DNA of 63,011 nt, the filler included. It is 6 parts of 6 records of this genome, joined end to end, with 100 filler letters (N's around TTAATTAATTAA, not from the genome) between each part and the next. Parts side by side here need not be neighbours in the genome. Positions count along the whole stretch, not along the records: positions 14,878 to 30,671 come from SRR20825006_641; positions 30,772 to 40,556 come from SRR20825006_644; 4 more parts are not named here. One strand, 5' to 3'. A program made the translations under genes and the position numbers. The notes beneath the pieces were generated by a model. It worked only from the letters and a program-made list of their open reading frames with translations, had not been told where the DNA came from and did no database searches. This document shows, piece after piece, positions 26,800 through 36,526 of this stretch (positions within the stretch are counted from its first letter, which is position 1; the number at the start of each line of letters is the position of its first letter).

Positions 26800-27767
26800 T
26801 GTATGGACGCCGCCCGGTGCGCGAGGCCAAGGGCACGATTTTGACCCACTCTGTGGCGTTTAAGGCAGGGGGACGATTGGAGGCGGGGTGCACGCTTGGC
26901 CCGTCAGAGATTGCGGCACTGGTCATGGCCGGAGTGGGCGAGGTCCGCGTGGCGGAGCTAGACCCGCATGACGTGGCGCAAGACGAGGCAGCGCGCCGGA
27001 TCAGCGCGGCGATGGTGCCCGTGCCCAGCGATGCCAATCTGGACGTCGGGCGGGTCATGGCGGGGGCAGCGCATATTACGGCGACCTGCGCCGGGGTTGT
27101 CGGACTTGATACCGCCGGACTCACCCGGATGAACCGGGTCGATGAGGGGATGGCCATCGCCACCCGCCCGCAGTTTCACCGGGTTGCCAAAGGCGATGTC
27201 GTGGCCACGGTTCGGGTCATTCCCTACGGCGTCAAACGCTCTGCGCTCTCAAGGGTGATTGAGGACGCGCATGACACGATCCGGGTGCGCGCGGTCTTGG
27301 CCGAAACCGCGAGCCTCATTCAAACCGTGATTGGTGGCGATGGGGGGACAGCCAAAGGCGAGGCTTTTTTGCGGGCGCGATTGGATCGATTGGGCGTGCG
27401 CTTGGTCGAAACCTTGGTGGTGCCGCACCGAGAAGAGGCGCTGGCTGAGGCGTTGTTGAGCGCGCGTGGCGAGGTTGTGTTTGTCTTGACGGCCGTGGAG
27501 ACGATGGATCGCGGCGATGTGGCCCCTGAGGCGGTGCGCCGGGCGGGCGGGGTGATCACCCGTTTTGGTCTGCCCCTGGACCCCGGCACGCGGTTTTTCG
27601 CGGGCGGGCTTGGGGCGGTGCCGATCTTGGGCTTGCCGGAATGCGCGCGCGGGTCTGCTCCGACCGGGGTGGATTGGCTGGTGGATCGGTTGCTGTGTGG
27701 CGTGAGCATCACCGATGATGACATCGCGCAGATGGGGGTTGGCGGACTGTTGTCGCCAGAGGTTTAA
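26796..27767 (+). CDS. Molybdopterin-binding (MoeA/MoCF-like) protein
   Basis: GTILTHS, DVAQDEAA, VATVRVIPY, GLPECARG, MGVGGLL. Overlaps the xdhC stop. Confidence 0.8.
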   Translation: MMYGRRPVREAKGTILTHSVAFKAGGRLEAGCTLGPSEIAALVMAGVGEVRVAELDPHDVAQDEAARRISAAMVPVPSDANLDVGRVMAGAAHITATCAGVVGLDTAGLTRMNRVDEGMAIATRPQFHRVAKGDVVATVRVIPYGVKRSALSRVIEDAHDTIRVRAVLAETASLIQTVIGGDGGTAKGEAFLRARLDRLGVRLVETLVVPHREEALAEALLSARGEVVFVLTAVETMDRGDVAPEAVRRAGGVITRFGLPLDPGTRFFAGGLGAVPILGLPECARGSAPTGVDWLVDRLLCGVSITDDDIAQMGVGGLLSPEV

Positions 27768-27890
27768 AGGGCAAAACTGGAGAGATAAAAGCGCAGAAAA
27801 CGGCAGGTCGCGGTTGAATGCGCCTTAAAAACACCCACTGAGAGCGCAGGCGTGGCGCGGCGCACAAGGCCGTTATGCGTTTGCAGAAAA

Positions 27891-27904
27891 TTGATACATA
27901 TCAC
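27891..27904. promoter_or_regulatory. Near-consensus FNR box
   Basis: TTGAT-ACAT-ATCAC (one mismatch) upstream of the YidE-family gene. Confidence 0.55.
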
Positions 27905-27977
27905 TTACAAGTGACCCTGCGCGGCGCAGTGTCACGGCCAAGCCGCGTCCACACCGTTTGATCCAGAAAGTAGGCAC

Positions 27978-29660
27978 ATGACCTTCCCGCTCTCAGATGT
28001 CGCCCTCACCACCCTTGCTCTGGCCGTGGCCGGGGCGTTGGGTTTGCTCTTTGGCAAACTTCAGGTCCGCAAGATCGGGTTGGGCATCGGTGGGGTGTTG
28101 TTTTCTGGCATTCTGGTCGGTCATTTCGCCGCGAAAGCCGGGATCACCTTTGACAGTGATGTCATGCATTTCGTGCGCGAATTGGGGCTGATCCTGTTTG
28201 TTTACACCATCGGCATTCAGGTCGGTCCAAGCTTTTTTGCCTCTTTCGCCAAATCCGGCCTGCGCTTTAACCTTGCCGCCATTGGCATCGTTTTAGGCGG
28301 GGTGGCGGTGACCTTGGCGATTTATGCGCTCACCGATCTGCCGCTTCCGGTCCTGATGGGGGTGATGTCGGGGGCTGTGACCAACACGCCGGGCCTGGGT
28401 GCGGCGCAACAGGCGCTTGGCGAATTGGGCCTGCCCGCCTCTGAGGTTGGCTTTGCCGGTATGGGCTATGCGATGGCATATCCTTTTGGAATTATTGGAA
28501 TTTTGATTTCGATGTTTGCGGTGCGTTTCCTGTTTGGCATCACGATCGAACGCGAAGAAGAGGCCTATAAGCTGGAAACCAAAAGTGGTGAGGCGGCCTT
28601 GCCCGCGCTCAATCTTGAGGTGACCAATCAGAACCTTGACGGTGTCCGGCTGGGGGATGTGCCTGACCTGTTTGACCATGGGGTTGTCGCGTCGCGGATG
28701 AAATCAGGCGGTGAATTGATCGTGCCGACGCGCGACACCGTGCTGCATCTGGGCGACAGCCTGCATATGGTCGGCCCTGCCGAGAAATTGGCGGCGATGA
28801 AGCTGATCATGGGGCGTGAGATCGACACGCCGTTGACCACCAAGGGCACCAAGCTGACCTGGGCGCGCATCGTCGTGACCAAGGACAAAATCCTCGGCAA
28901 ATCCTTGCGCGAACTGGCCCTTGTCGAAGCGCGTGGCGTGACCGTGTCACGGATCAACCGCGCAGGCGTCGAACTTCCGGCGCAGGCCTCGTCCTCGCTG
29001 GCCTTTGGCGATATTGTCACCGTTGTCGGGTCCAAACCCGACATTGATGCGGTGGCTTTGGAGCTGGGCAATGAACATGCGCGGCTGCAAGAGGTGCAAT
29101 TCCCGGCGCTGTTTTTCGGCATCGCTTTGGGGGTGATTTTGGGGTCCATCCCGCTTGCTGTACCGGGCCTGTCGGCACCGCTGAAACTCGGGCTTGCGGG
29201 CGGGCCATTGATGGCGGCGATTGTGTTGGGGCGGTTGGGCCATTGGGGACCGTTCACATGGTACATGCCGCCCGCCGCCAACCATGCGCTGCGCGAATTT
29301 GGCATCGTGTTGTTTCTGGCCGTGGTCGGCATCGTCGCGGGGGATCGGTTCTTTGACACGCTGTTGCATGGCGACGGCATCGTGTGGATGGGCTATGGCA
29401 TCCTCATCACGCTCCTGCCGCTGCTGATCGTTGGCGTCATCGCGCGGGTCTTTGGCAGGTTCAATTACCTCAGCCTCTGCGGCGTCTTGGCCGGGTCGAT
29501 GACCGATCCGCCCGCCTTGGCCTTTGCCGTGTCGATGAGCAAAACCGGGGCGGCGTCAGTGGCCTATGTGTCGGTCTACCCGTTGGTGATGTTCCTGCGC
29601 ATTTTGGCACCGCAGATCCTGATCTTGATCTTGGCGGGGGCAGGCGCGGGGACGTTTTAA
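27978..29660 (+). CDS. YidE/YbjL (AspT-like) transporter with two TrkA-C domains
   Basis: ELGLILFVYTIGIQVGP, GAVTNTPGLGAAQQ, KLGLAGGPL, GSMTDPPALAFA, YVSVYPL. Confidence 0.92.
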   Translation: MTFPLSDVALTTLALAVAGALGLLFGKLQVRKIGLGIGGVLFSGILVGHFAAKAGITFDSDVMHFVRELGLILFVYTIGIQVGPSFFASFAKSGLRFNLAAIGIVLGGVAVTLAIYALTDLPLPVLMGVMSGAVTNTPGLGAAQQALGELGLPASEVGFAGMGYAMAYPFGIIGILISMFAVRFLFGITIEREEEAYKLETKSGEAALPALNLEVTNQNLDGVRLGDVPDLFDHGVVASRMKSGGELIVPTRDTVLHLGDSLHMVGPAEKLAAMKLIMGREIDTPLTTKGTKLTWARIVVTKDKILGKSLRELALVEARGVTVSRINRAGVELPAQASSSLAFGDIVTVVGSKPDIDAVALELGNEHARLQEVQFPALFFGIALGVILGSIPLAVPGLSAPLKLGLAGGPLMAAIVLGRLGHWGPFTWYMPPAANHALREFGIVLFLAVVGIVAGDRFFDTLLHGDGIVWMGYGILITLLPLLIVGVIARVFGRFNYLSLCGVLAGSMTDPPALAFAVSMSKTGAASVAYVSVYPLVMFLRILAPQILILILAGAGAGTF

Positions 29661-30265
29661 CCCGCAGCCTTTGGTTTTTGCGCAATAAAATCAATGAGGG
29701 CGGAGTGGCCGACATGGCCATGGCCCTCATTCACATGCATCTCAAAGGCACGATTTTCAATGATGTCATAGCCGTCAAAAGCTGTCGCCAACATCGCCTC
29801 GGTGTACATATTCTCCACCTTGCCGGGGCCACCCGTGCCGTAGTCGACCTGTTTGGGCGTATAGCCGTGGATCATCACCCGGCCACCGGGGGCTAGGGCG
29901 TGATCGAATTGTTGAAACAACGCGGCGCGCGCTTCTGGTCCGATGAATTGAATGTAGATCGCCACAATCAGATCAAAAGGGCGGTCCCAATCCCAATCCT
30001 CGATCCCGGCTTGATGATAGTCCACCGCAACCCCGCGCGCTTTGGCCAGAGCGCGCGCTTTGGCCAAAGCGGGCGCGGAGGGATCAAATGCCGTGACATC
30101 CAAACCCTGTTCGGCCAACCAGACCGAATTACGGCCCTCGCCATCCGCGACGCAGAGCACGCGGGCCTTTTGGGGCAACTCCGCCAGATGACGCGGCAAA
30201 AACGCGGCGGGTTCGGTGCCAAATACATAATCCGGTCGGTCGTAACGCTGATCCCAAAAGCTCAT
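29657..30265 (-). CDS. Class I SAM-dependent methyltransferase
   Basis: FWDQRY, YVFGTEP, LCVADGEGRNSVWLA, YGTGGP. Confidence 0.9.
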   Translation of the reverse strand: MSFWDQRYDRPDYVFGTEPAAFLPRHLAELPQKARVLCVADGEGRNSVWLAEQGLDVTAFDPSAPALAKARALAKARGVAVDYHQAGIEDWDWDRPFDLIVAIYIQFIGPEARAALFQQFDHALAPGGRVMIHGYTPKQVDYGTGGPGKVENMYTEAMLATAFDGYDIIENRAFEMHVNEGHGHVGHSALIDFIAQKPKAAG

Positions 30266-30284
30266 GATACTTCTCAATCTCCAT

Positions 30285-30316
30285 AAAAAATCCCCCGATG
30301 TTTTCACAGCGGGGGC
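30285..30316 (-). terminator. Intrinsic terminator after infC
   Basis: CCCCCG...CGGGGG stem with a minus-strand U-run. Confidence 0.65.
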
Positions 30317-30343
30317 TTCATCATTCACGTCAGACGCAACGCC

Positions 30344-30671
30344 TCACTTCGGCAGCGGGCCGATCATCATGACCATTTGGCGACCTTCAAGCTTTGGCAT
30401 GCTTTCGATTTTGCCGATGGCTTTGGTGTCTTCTGCCACGCGTTCCAAAAGCACACGCCCCAAATCCTGGTGCGCCATTTCGCGGCCCCGGAAGCGCAAC
30501 GTCACTTTGACCTTGTCGCCATTTTCAAGGAACTTGACGACATTGCGCATTTTGACTTCGTAGTCATGCACATCGGTGCCGGGACGGAATTTGACTTCCT
30601 TGATCTCGATGATCTTTTGCTTTTTGCGCGCTTCAGATTCACGTTTCTGCTGTTCATATTTGAACTTGCCG
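30344..30671 (-). CDS. infC: Translation initiation factor IF-3, 3' part
   Basis: [12 protein letters not shown]...[17 protein letters not shown]...[12 protein letters not shown]. Confidence 0.96.
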
Positions 30672-30771
30672 NNNNNNNNNNNNNNNNNNNNNNNNNNNNN
30701 NNNNNNNNNNNNNNNTTAATTAATTAANNNNNNNNNNNNNNNNNNNNNNNNNNNNNNNNNNNNNNNNNNNN
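30672..30771. other. Artificial contig linker
   Basis: N-run with TTAATTAATTAA. Sequence switches from GC-rich to AT-rich across it. Confidence 0.98.
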
Positions 30772-30816
30772 TATTTGGATGTTCCATGTGACCGTTAAAA
30801 ACAATAAAATAAACAC

Positions 30817-31635
30817 ATGAAATTAGAGAACATTCCACAGATAAGACATATAAATAGCAACAATTTCTTTTTATTAGCAGGTCCATGTGCTATTGAAGGA
30901 GAAGAAATGGCAATGCGAATTGCAGAAAAAGCAGTTGCTATTACCGATAAACTCCAAATTCCATACGTTTTTAAAGGAAGTTTCAAAAAAGCTAATCGTA
31001 GTCGTATTGACTCTTTCACGGGAATTGGCGATGAAAAAGCACTTAAAATACTAAGAAAAGTTTCTGAAACTTTTAATGTGCCCACAGTTACAGATATTCA
31101 TGAAATAAGTGATGCTGAAATGGCTGCCGAATATGTGGATGTTTTACAAATTCCAGCTTTTTTAGTGCGCCAAACCGATTTGGTAGTTGCTGCTGCCAAT
31201 ACAGGAAAAACCATCAACTTAAAAAAAGGACAATTTATGAGTCCTGAAAGCATGCAGCATGCCGTACAAAAAGTATTAGATTGCGGCAATGAACAAGCTG
31301 TAATTACAGACCGCGGAACTATGTTTGGATACCAAGACATGATTGTAGATTTTAGAGGCATCCCAACCATGAAACAATATGCGCCTGTTGTGTTAGATGT
31401 TACACACTCTCTACAACAACCTAACCAAAGCAGTGGCGTAACTGGAGGACGTCCAGAAATGATTGGAACTATTGCAAAAGCTGGAATTGCAGCAGGTGTA
31501 AATGGTTTATTTATGGAAACTCATTTTGACCCTGCAAATGCAAAAAGTGACGGAGCAAATATGCTCCATTTAGACTTACTAGAAAACCTCTTAAATCAAT
31601 TAGTTGCTATTAGACAGACCATAAATAATTTTTAA
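30817..31635 (+). CDS. kdsA: KDO8P synthase
   Basis: AGPCAIE, KGSFKKANRS, LQIPAFLVRQTD, KKGQF, DVTHSLQ, AKSDG. Confidence 0.96.
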   Translation: MKLENIPQIRHINSNNFFLLAGPCAIEGEEMAMRIAEKAVAITDKLQIPYVFKGSFKKANRSRIDSFTGIGDEKALKILRKVSETFNVPTVTDIHEISDAEMAAEYVDVLQIPAFLVRQTDLVVAAANTGKTINLKKGQFMSPESMQHAVQKVLDCGNEQAVITDRGTMFGYQDMIVDFRGIPTMKQYAPVVLDVTHSLQQPNQSSGVTGGRPEMIGTIAKAGIAAGVNGLFMETHFDPANAKSDGANMLHLDLLENLLNQLVAIRQTINNF

Positions 31636-31707
31636 AATAATAGTATATTTAACTTGAAATAGAATATATTTTCTGCTATATTGTCAATTAATTAAAAAAT
31701 AATTGAC

Positions 31708-32898
31708 ATGAGAGAAACTATACACTTAATTACTGAGAAAATTTTAAGTTTCATTCCCAGTATTCTGGGAGCAATAATCGTTTTATTTATTGGATGATTA
31801 ATTGCTCGTGGAGTAAAAGCTGTTGTTATAAAAATACTAAAGAAAACTTCTTTGGATGAAAAAATTCTGAGTAAAACTGACCTCGGCAATACCAACATTT
31901 TTTTAGGCAATATATTTTATTATGTTATCATGATTATTGTAATTATGGTGGTACTGGAACTACTAGGCGTAAGTCAAGTACTTACTCCGCTTGAAAATAT
32001 GGTAGCCGAAATTTTAAGTTTTATTCCGAGTATTATTGCAGGATTCCTAATTGCTTTTGCCGGTTACTTATTAGCAAAATTCGTTTCAAACCTTATCAAT
32101 TTAGGAGGATCATTTCTTGATAAATTGATAGATAAAACAGGATTTAAAGACACAGAAATGCTTGTTAATATTGTTCAAAAAGTAATCTTTATTTTAATTT
32201 TTGCACCCTTTTTAATTCAAGCTTTCCATGCATTAAATATTAAATCCATATCGGAACCTGCTAATAACATTTTATTAAAATTTACCAATTTAATCGGAGA
32301 AGTATTAGTAGCATCTGCCATTCTAGTTCTTTTTGTTTGGGGAGGAAAATACCTTACCAACCTTATTGAAGATTTACTTAAAAGCTTAAAACTTGACAGC
32401 CTATCAGAAAAAATTCAGCTGCATAAAATCATAGGAGAAAAACAATCATTAGCAAAAATAGTATCTAATGTTTGTTACTTTTTTATTGTTTTCTTCGGAA
32501 TTATTACTGCGGTAGAAATTTTACAATTAGATCATCTTACCTATATTTTAAATGAGATTCTAACCCTTACTGGACAAATTATTTTTGGCCTTTTAATTCT
32601 AGCCATTGGTAATTACATCTCGTTGCTTATTTATAATATGGTTTCAAAATCAAACAATAATAATTTTATTGCTGGAATTGTTAGAGCTGCATCTTTAGCA
32701 TTATTCATTACCATTTCCTTAAGAGCCATGGGCATAGCTAACGAAATTGTAGAAATTGCCTTTACTTTTATTATTGGAGCATTGGCAGTAACAGTTGCTT
32801 TAAGTTATGGGCTTGGAGGAAGAGAAGCTGCAGGCGAACATTTTAAGGAAATTCTTCAAAAAATGAAATCTAAATCTCCTTCAAACAAAGAAGAATAA
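31708..32898 (+). pseudogene. Mechanosensitive-channel/CmpX-like TM-repeat protein interrupted by in-frame TGA at codon 30
   Basis: ATG 31708 reads MRETIHLITEKILSFIPSILGAIIVLFIG*LIARGVK and stays in frame into the 31852-32898 ORF, which ends ALSYGLGGRE. Confidence 0.75.
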
Positions 32899-33885
32899 CT
32901 ACAAACTACTCCTATATTTTTTAGGGGTTTTCTTATAAAAACGCTTAAATGCCGCACTAAAATGTGTGGCATTTTTGTATCCAATTTTTTCAGCTATTTC
33001 ATAAATTGGAAGTTGTGTTGCAATTAATAAATCGGAAGCTTTATTCATCTTCTCTTTTGTATAATACTCATTTATTGCACACCCAAAAACTCTTTTAAAT
33101 TCCTTTTTAAAAACATATTCATTAAGTGCTAAAACCCTCGACATCTCTTTAATAGAATAATTTTTATCGATATTTTCTTCCATCAATTGCTTAGCCGCAT
33201 ATAATTTCTTCAAAATCTTATCCTGACTCGTTCCAACTTTTGCTACAACACCATTTTTGTAGCGCTCTATTTGTATTGCTAATAACTCAATAATTTTAGA
33301 CTCTAAATACAAACGCTTACTAATACCATTCATTTCGGTCTCTTGCATACTCATTAAAATAGACAATATATTATTGGCTATGGGCTGGATTATATTTGTA
33401 TCTGTAAAAGAGTTAAAAACCGATATATCTGTAATTCCTCGCTTTTTTAAATACGTTATCGGAATTGTAATTCTAATTTCCCTAAAAGGCTTTCCTCCTG
33501 TTAAACGGACATAGCCTTTAAACTGCTCAATTCTAGAAGTATAGCATTCCTGACTTTCATTTAAAATATCAGGGTTTCCTCGTAATGAAATAATTTTTTC
33601 TCCATCAATTAAATAAGACATTTGTAAAACATCCTCTTGATATTCATCATAAAAAACAAGATCTCTTTCAAGCTCTATATTGCTAGCATGTATAGAAACT
33701 CCATCTATTTTTGTATATAAAATAGACCCCTTTCCATATTTAGGATGTAATTTATATTCTGAATATTCATAATCAAATTCGTTTTCCGATAAAGAACTGA
33801 AAGCAATTATATCCTTAAAGCCCTTTTCTTCTTTTAAAAGATTGATTAATTCACAATTAATAAAATCACGTCTTTTTTTTTCCAT
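32899..33885 (-). CDS. AraC-family regulator (PchR-like)
   Basis: YLESKIIELL, FKKEFKRVFG, IAEKIGYKNATHFSAAFKRFY. Confidence 0.92.
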   Translation of the reverse strand: MEKKRRDFINCELINLLKEEKGFKDIIAFSSLSENEFDYEYSEYKLHPKYGKGSILYTKIDGVSIHASNIELERDLVFYDEYQEDVLQMSYLIDGEKIISLRGNPDILNESQECYTSRIEQFKGYVRLTGGKPFREIRITIPITYLKKRGITDISVFNSFTDTNIIQPIANNILSILMSMQETEMNGISKRLYLESKIIELLAIQIERYKNGVVAKVGTSQDKILKKLYAAKQLMEENIDKNYSIKEMSRVLALNEYVFKKEFKRVFGCAINEYYTKEKMNKASDLLIATQLPIYEIAEKIGYKNATHFSAAFKRFYKKTPKKYRSSL

Positions 33886-33955
33886 ATCGCGTCACTAATG
33901 CTGCGTTTGCTTTTCTAAATTTGCCTTCAACTTTATTTAGACCAAATATAAATAA
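33855..33955 (+). repeat. Promoter module copy 1 (duplicated at 36415-36515)
   Basis: AATTAATAAAATCACGTCTTTTTTTTTCCATATCGCGTCACTAATG...TAAATTTG...TTTATTTAGACCAAATATAAATAA. Confidence 0.9.
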
Positions 33956-33967
33956 CTAATCTAAAAG

Positions 33968-36325
33968 ATGAAACATCTATTTACCATTTTATTCATAGCA
34001 CTCTCAATGCTTTCCTATGCACAAGAAGGAAACATTAAAGGAAAAGTTACCACAGAAAATGGCACTCCAATTTCTATGGCTAATATAATGCTCAAAAATA
34101 CTAACAAAGGGACAGAAACCAACTACAATGGTGCTTTTAATTTAAAAGCTATAGCTGCAGGAAATTATATCCTAGTAGCAAAATACATTGGTTTTGTAAG
34201 TAAAGAAATTGAAGTAAATGTTCAAAACGACAACACTACACAGCTAGGAACAATTGTTCTTCAAGAATCTACAGAAGCCTTAGATGAAGTAGTTGTAAAT
34301 GGAAACGGGCATGCAGATTTCCTAGTAAAACAACCATCTTCTTCCCTCCGTTTAAAGACAGAAGTCTTGGATTTACCTCAAAACATTCAAATAATTAGCA
34401 ATCAACTAATCAAGAATCAAAACTTAATTAGTATGATGGAAAATGTTACTAGAAACGTGAGTGGAGCTCAAATGATAGAACATTGGGGAACTTTTGCACG
34501 TATTAATATGCGTGGATTTAAGCTTCCTGCTTTTAGAAATGGAATGAATGTAGAGTTGCCTTGGGGACCATTATCTGAAGATATGTCTATGGTGCAAAAC
34601 ATAGAATTTGTAAAAGGTCCTGCTGGATTTATGTTATCTGCTGGAGAGCCTGGAGGTTTTTATAATGTTGTTACTAAAAAACCTGTAAAAGAGAGCATTA
34701 ACGAAATATCTTTTACTGCTGGAAGCTTTAATAGTTATAGAGGCACATTTGATTCTGGAGGTTCTTTAACTACAGACGGAAAACTACAATACCGTTTGAA
34801 TGGAATGTATGAGAATAACGAGTCTTTTAGAGAGTACGAAGAAAGTAGTCGATTAAGTATCGTGCCTTCTCTTAAATATGAAATTTCTGATAAAACATCT
34901 GTTACTACTGAATTTACTTACCAAGAGTCTGATCAAATAACTGGAGCAGCATACATATTTGCCCCAGTAGAAGATGGTTTTGGAAGTTTAGACCAAGATT
35001 TTACTTTTTTAGATGAAGATTTCCCACAATCTGAAATAGTAGAATTAAGCATTTTAGCAAATGTAACACATAACTTTAACGACAAATGGTCAATCCAAGG
35101 GCAATATATGTATATGGATTATACGGTAGAAGGATCTTCAGCTTGGCCTACTTCTGTTCCTGGAAATGGCGATTTCTACAGAGGTGTTTCTATTTGGGAT
35201 GCCGTAAGTACTAACGAATTAGCCCAAGTTTATTTTAACGGAGAGTTTAATACAGGAAGTATTAAGCACAAAGTAATGGGAGGTTTTGACTATAGATATT
35301 TACAATATTGGGCCGATTGGGGACAAGGAGGTACTTTTGATGTAAATGGTCCTTTTAATATCTACAACCCTGTATATGGAAATGCAGTTTACCCTGAATT
35401 TGATAGAACGCAATCTGTAAAAGAAAGAGGGAAAGGAAACTACCAAGGAAATAAATACAATGCGTTTTATTTACAAGATGAATTATGGATGTTTAAAGAC
35501 CGTCTTCGTTTAACTCTAGCAGCACGCTATAACGATGCTTCTATTTTTGCTTACGGAAGTCAAAGTCAAGATGCTAAAATAACTCCTAGAATAGGTCTAA
35601 ATTTCGAAATATTACCTGGATTTACAGCTTACGGTTTGTATGATGAGGCTTTCACTCCACAATACGGACAAAGCTATGACAATAAGAAATTCGATCCATT
35701 AGAATCCTCAGATATTGAAGGAGGATTGAAAAAAGAATGGTTTAATGGTAATCTTAACACAAGCTTTTCGGTATATCAAATTACTAAAAACAATTATTTA
35801 GTTCAAGATATAGAACATACAGATGAAAATGGAAACTACAGATTCTCAACACAAACAGGACAAGTGCAGTCTAAAGGTTTTGAATTTGATATGCAAGGAC
35901 AGATTTCTCCTGCTATTAACGTAGTATTAAATTACGCAAATACTAATGTAGAGATTACAAAAGATACCGATCCTACAAATATAGGAACTCGCGTTGCAGG
36001 ACACGCAAAACACATTACCAATGGATGGGTAAATTATACCTTCCAACCCGGAACTGCATTACAAGGATTTGGAGCTTCTCTTGGATACCAATATCAAGTA
36101 GATCGTGCTACATGGGCATGGGCTGCCGATAATGAATCTGAATTACCTAACTATTTTAGAATGGATGGGGGCCTATTCTGGACTAATGATCATTTTAGAG
36201 TGAATTTGAATATTAATAATATTTTAGACGAATATCTATATTCTGGTTCCGCGTATGCAGATTACCTGTATTGGCAAAGTGAACCAGGCATAAACGGAAG
36301 AATAACTATTGCTTATAGGTTCTAA
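33968..36325 (+). CDS. TonB-dependent siderophore receptor
   Basis: Signal peptide, CarboxypepD-like N-domain, LDEVVV, DLPQNIQII, IEFVKGPA, C-terminal YRF. Confidence 0.93.
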   Translation: MKHLFTILFIALSMLSYAQEGNIKGKVTTENGTPISMANIMLKNTNKGTETNYNGAFNLKAIAAGNYILVAKYIGFVSKEIEVNVQNDNTTQLGTIVLQESTEALDEVVVNGNGHADFLVKQPSSSLRLKTEVLDLPQNIQIISNQLIKNQNLISMMENVTRNVSGAQMIEHWGTFARINMRGFKLPAFRNGMNVELPWGPLSEDMSMVQNIEFVKGPAGFMLSAGEPGGFYNVVTKKPVKESINEISFTAGSFNSYRGTFDSGGSLTTDGKLQYRLNGMYENNESFREYEESSRLSIVPSLKYEISDKTSVTTEFTYQESDQITGAAYIFAPVEDGFGSLDQDFTFLDEDFPQSEIVELSILANVTHNFNDKWSIQGQYMYMDYTVEGSSAWPTSVPGNGDFYRGVSIWDAVSTNELAQVYFNGEFNTGSIKHKVMGGFDYRYLQYWADWGQGGTFDVNGPFNIYNPVYGNAVYPEFDRTQSVKERGKGNYQGNKYNAFYLQDELWMFKDRLRLTLAARYNDASIFAYGSQSQDAKITPRIGLNFEILPGFTAYGLYDEAFTPQYGQSYDNKKFDPLESSDIEGGLKKEWFNGNLNTSFSVYQITKNNYLVQDIEHTDENGNYRFSTQTGQVQSKGFEFDMQGQISPAINVVLNYANTNVEITKDTDPTNIGTRVAGHAKHITNGWVNYTFQPGTALQGFGASLGYQYQVDRATWAWAADNESELPNYFRMDGGLFWTNDHFRVNLNINNILDEYLYSGSAYADYLYWQSEPGINGRITIAYRF

Positions 36326-36414
36326 AAAATAATTCTAAAGCCATATTTTAAGAATCTATATCTAGCTACTACATTATTATACCAATATCGGTTTTAAAAG
36401 ATTATTAATATCAT

Positions 36415-36515
36415 AATTAATAAAATCACGTCTTTTTTTATCCATATCGCGTCACTAATGATGTAGTAGCTTTTTTAAATTTGCGGTCTAGTTTATTTAG
36501 ACCAAATACAAATAA
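36415..36515 (+). repeat. Promoter module copy 2
   Basis: Gapless copy of 33855-33955 at an offset of 2560 bp. The first 46 bp match at 45 positions. Confidence 0.9.
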
Positions 36516-36526
36516 TAATTGAATAC

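Noticed and set aside
31795-31797. TGA recoding (genetic code 4/25 or selenocysteine)
   Set aside because: The long Trp-containing ORFs of the same contig have no in-frame TGA, and the site is a TM aromatic position rather than a Cys position.
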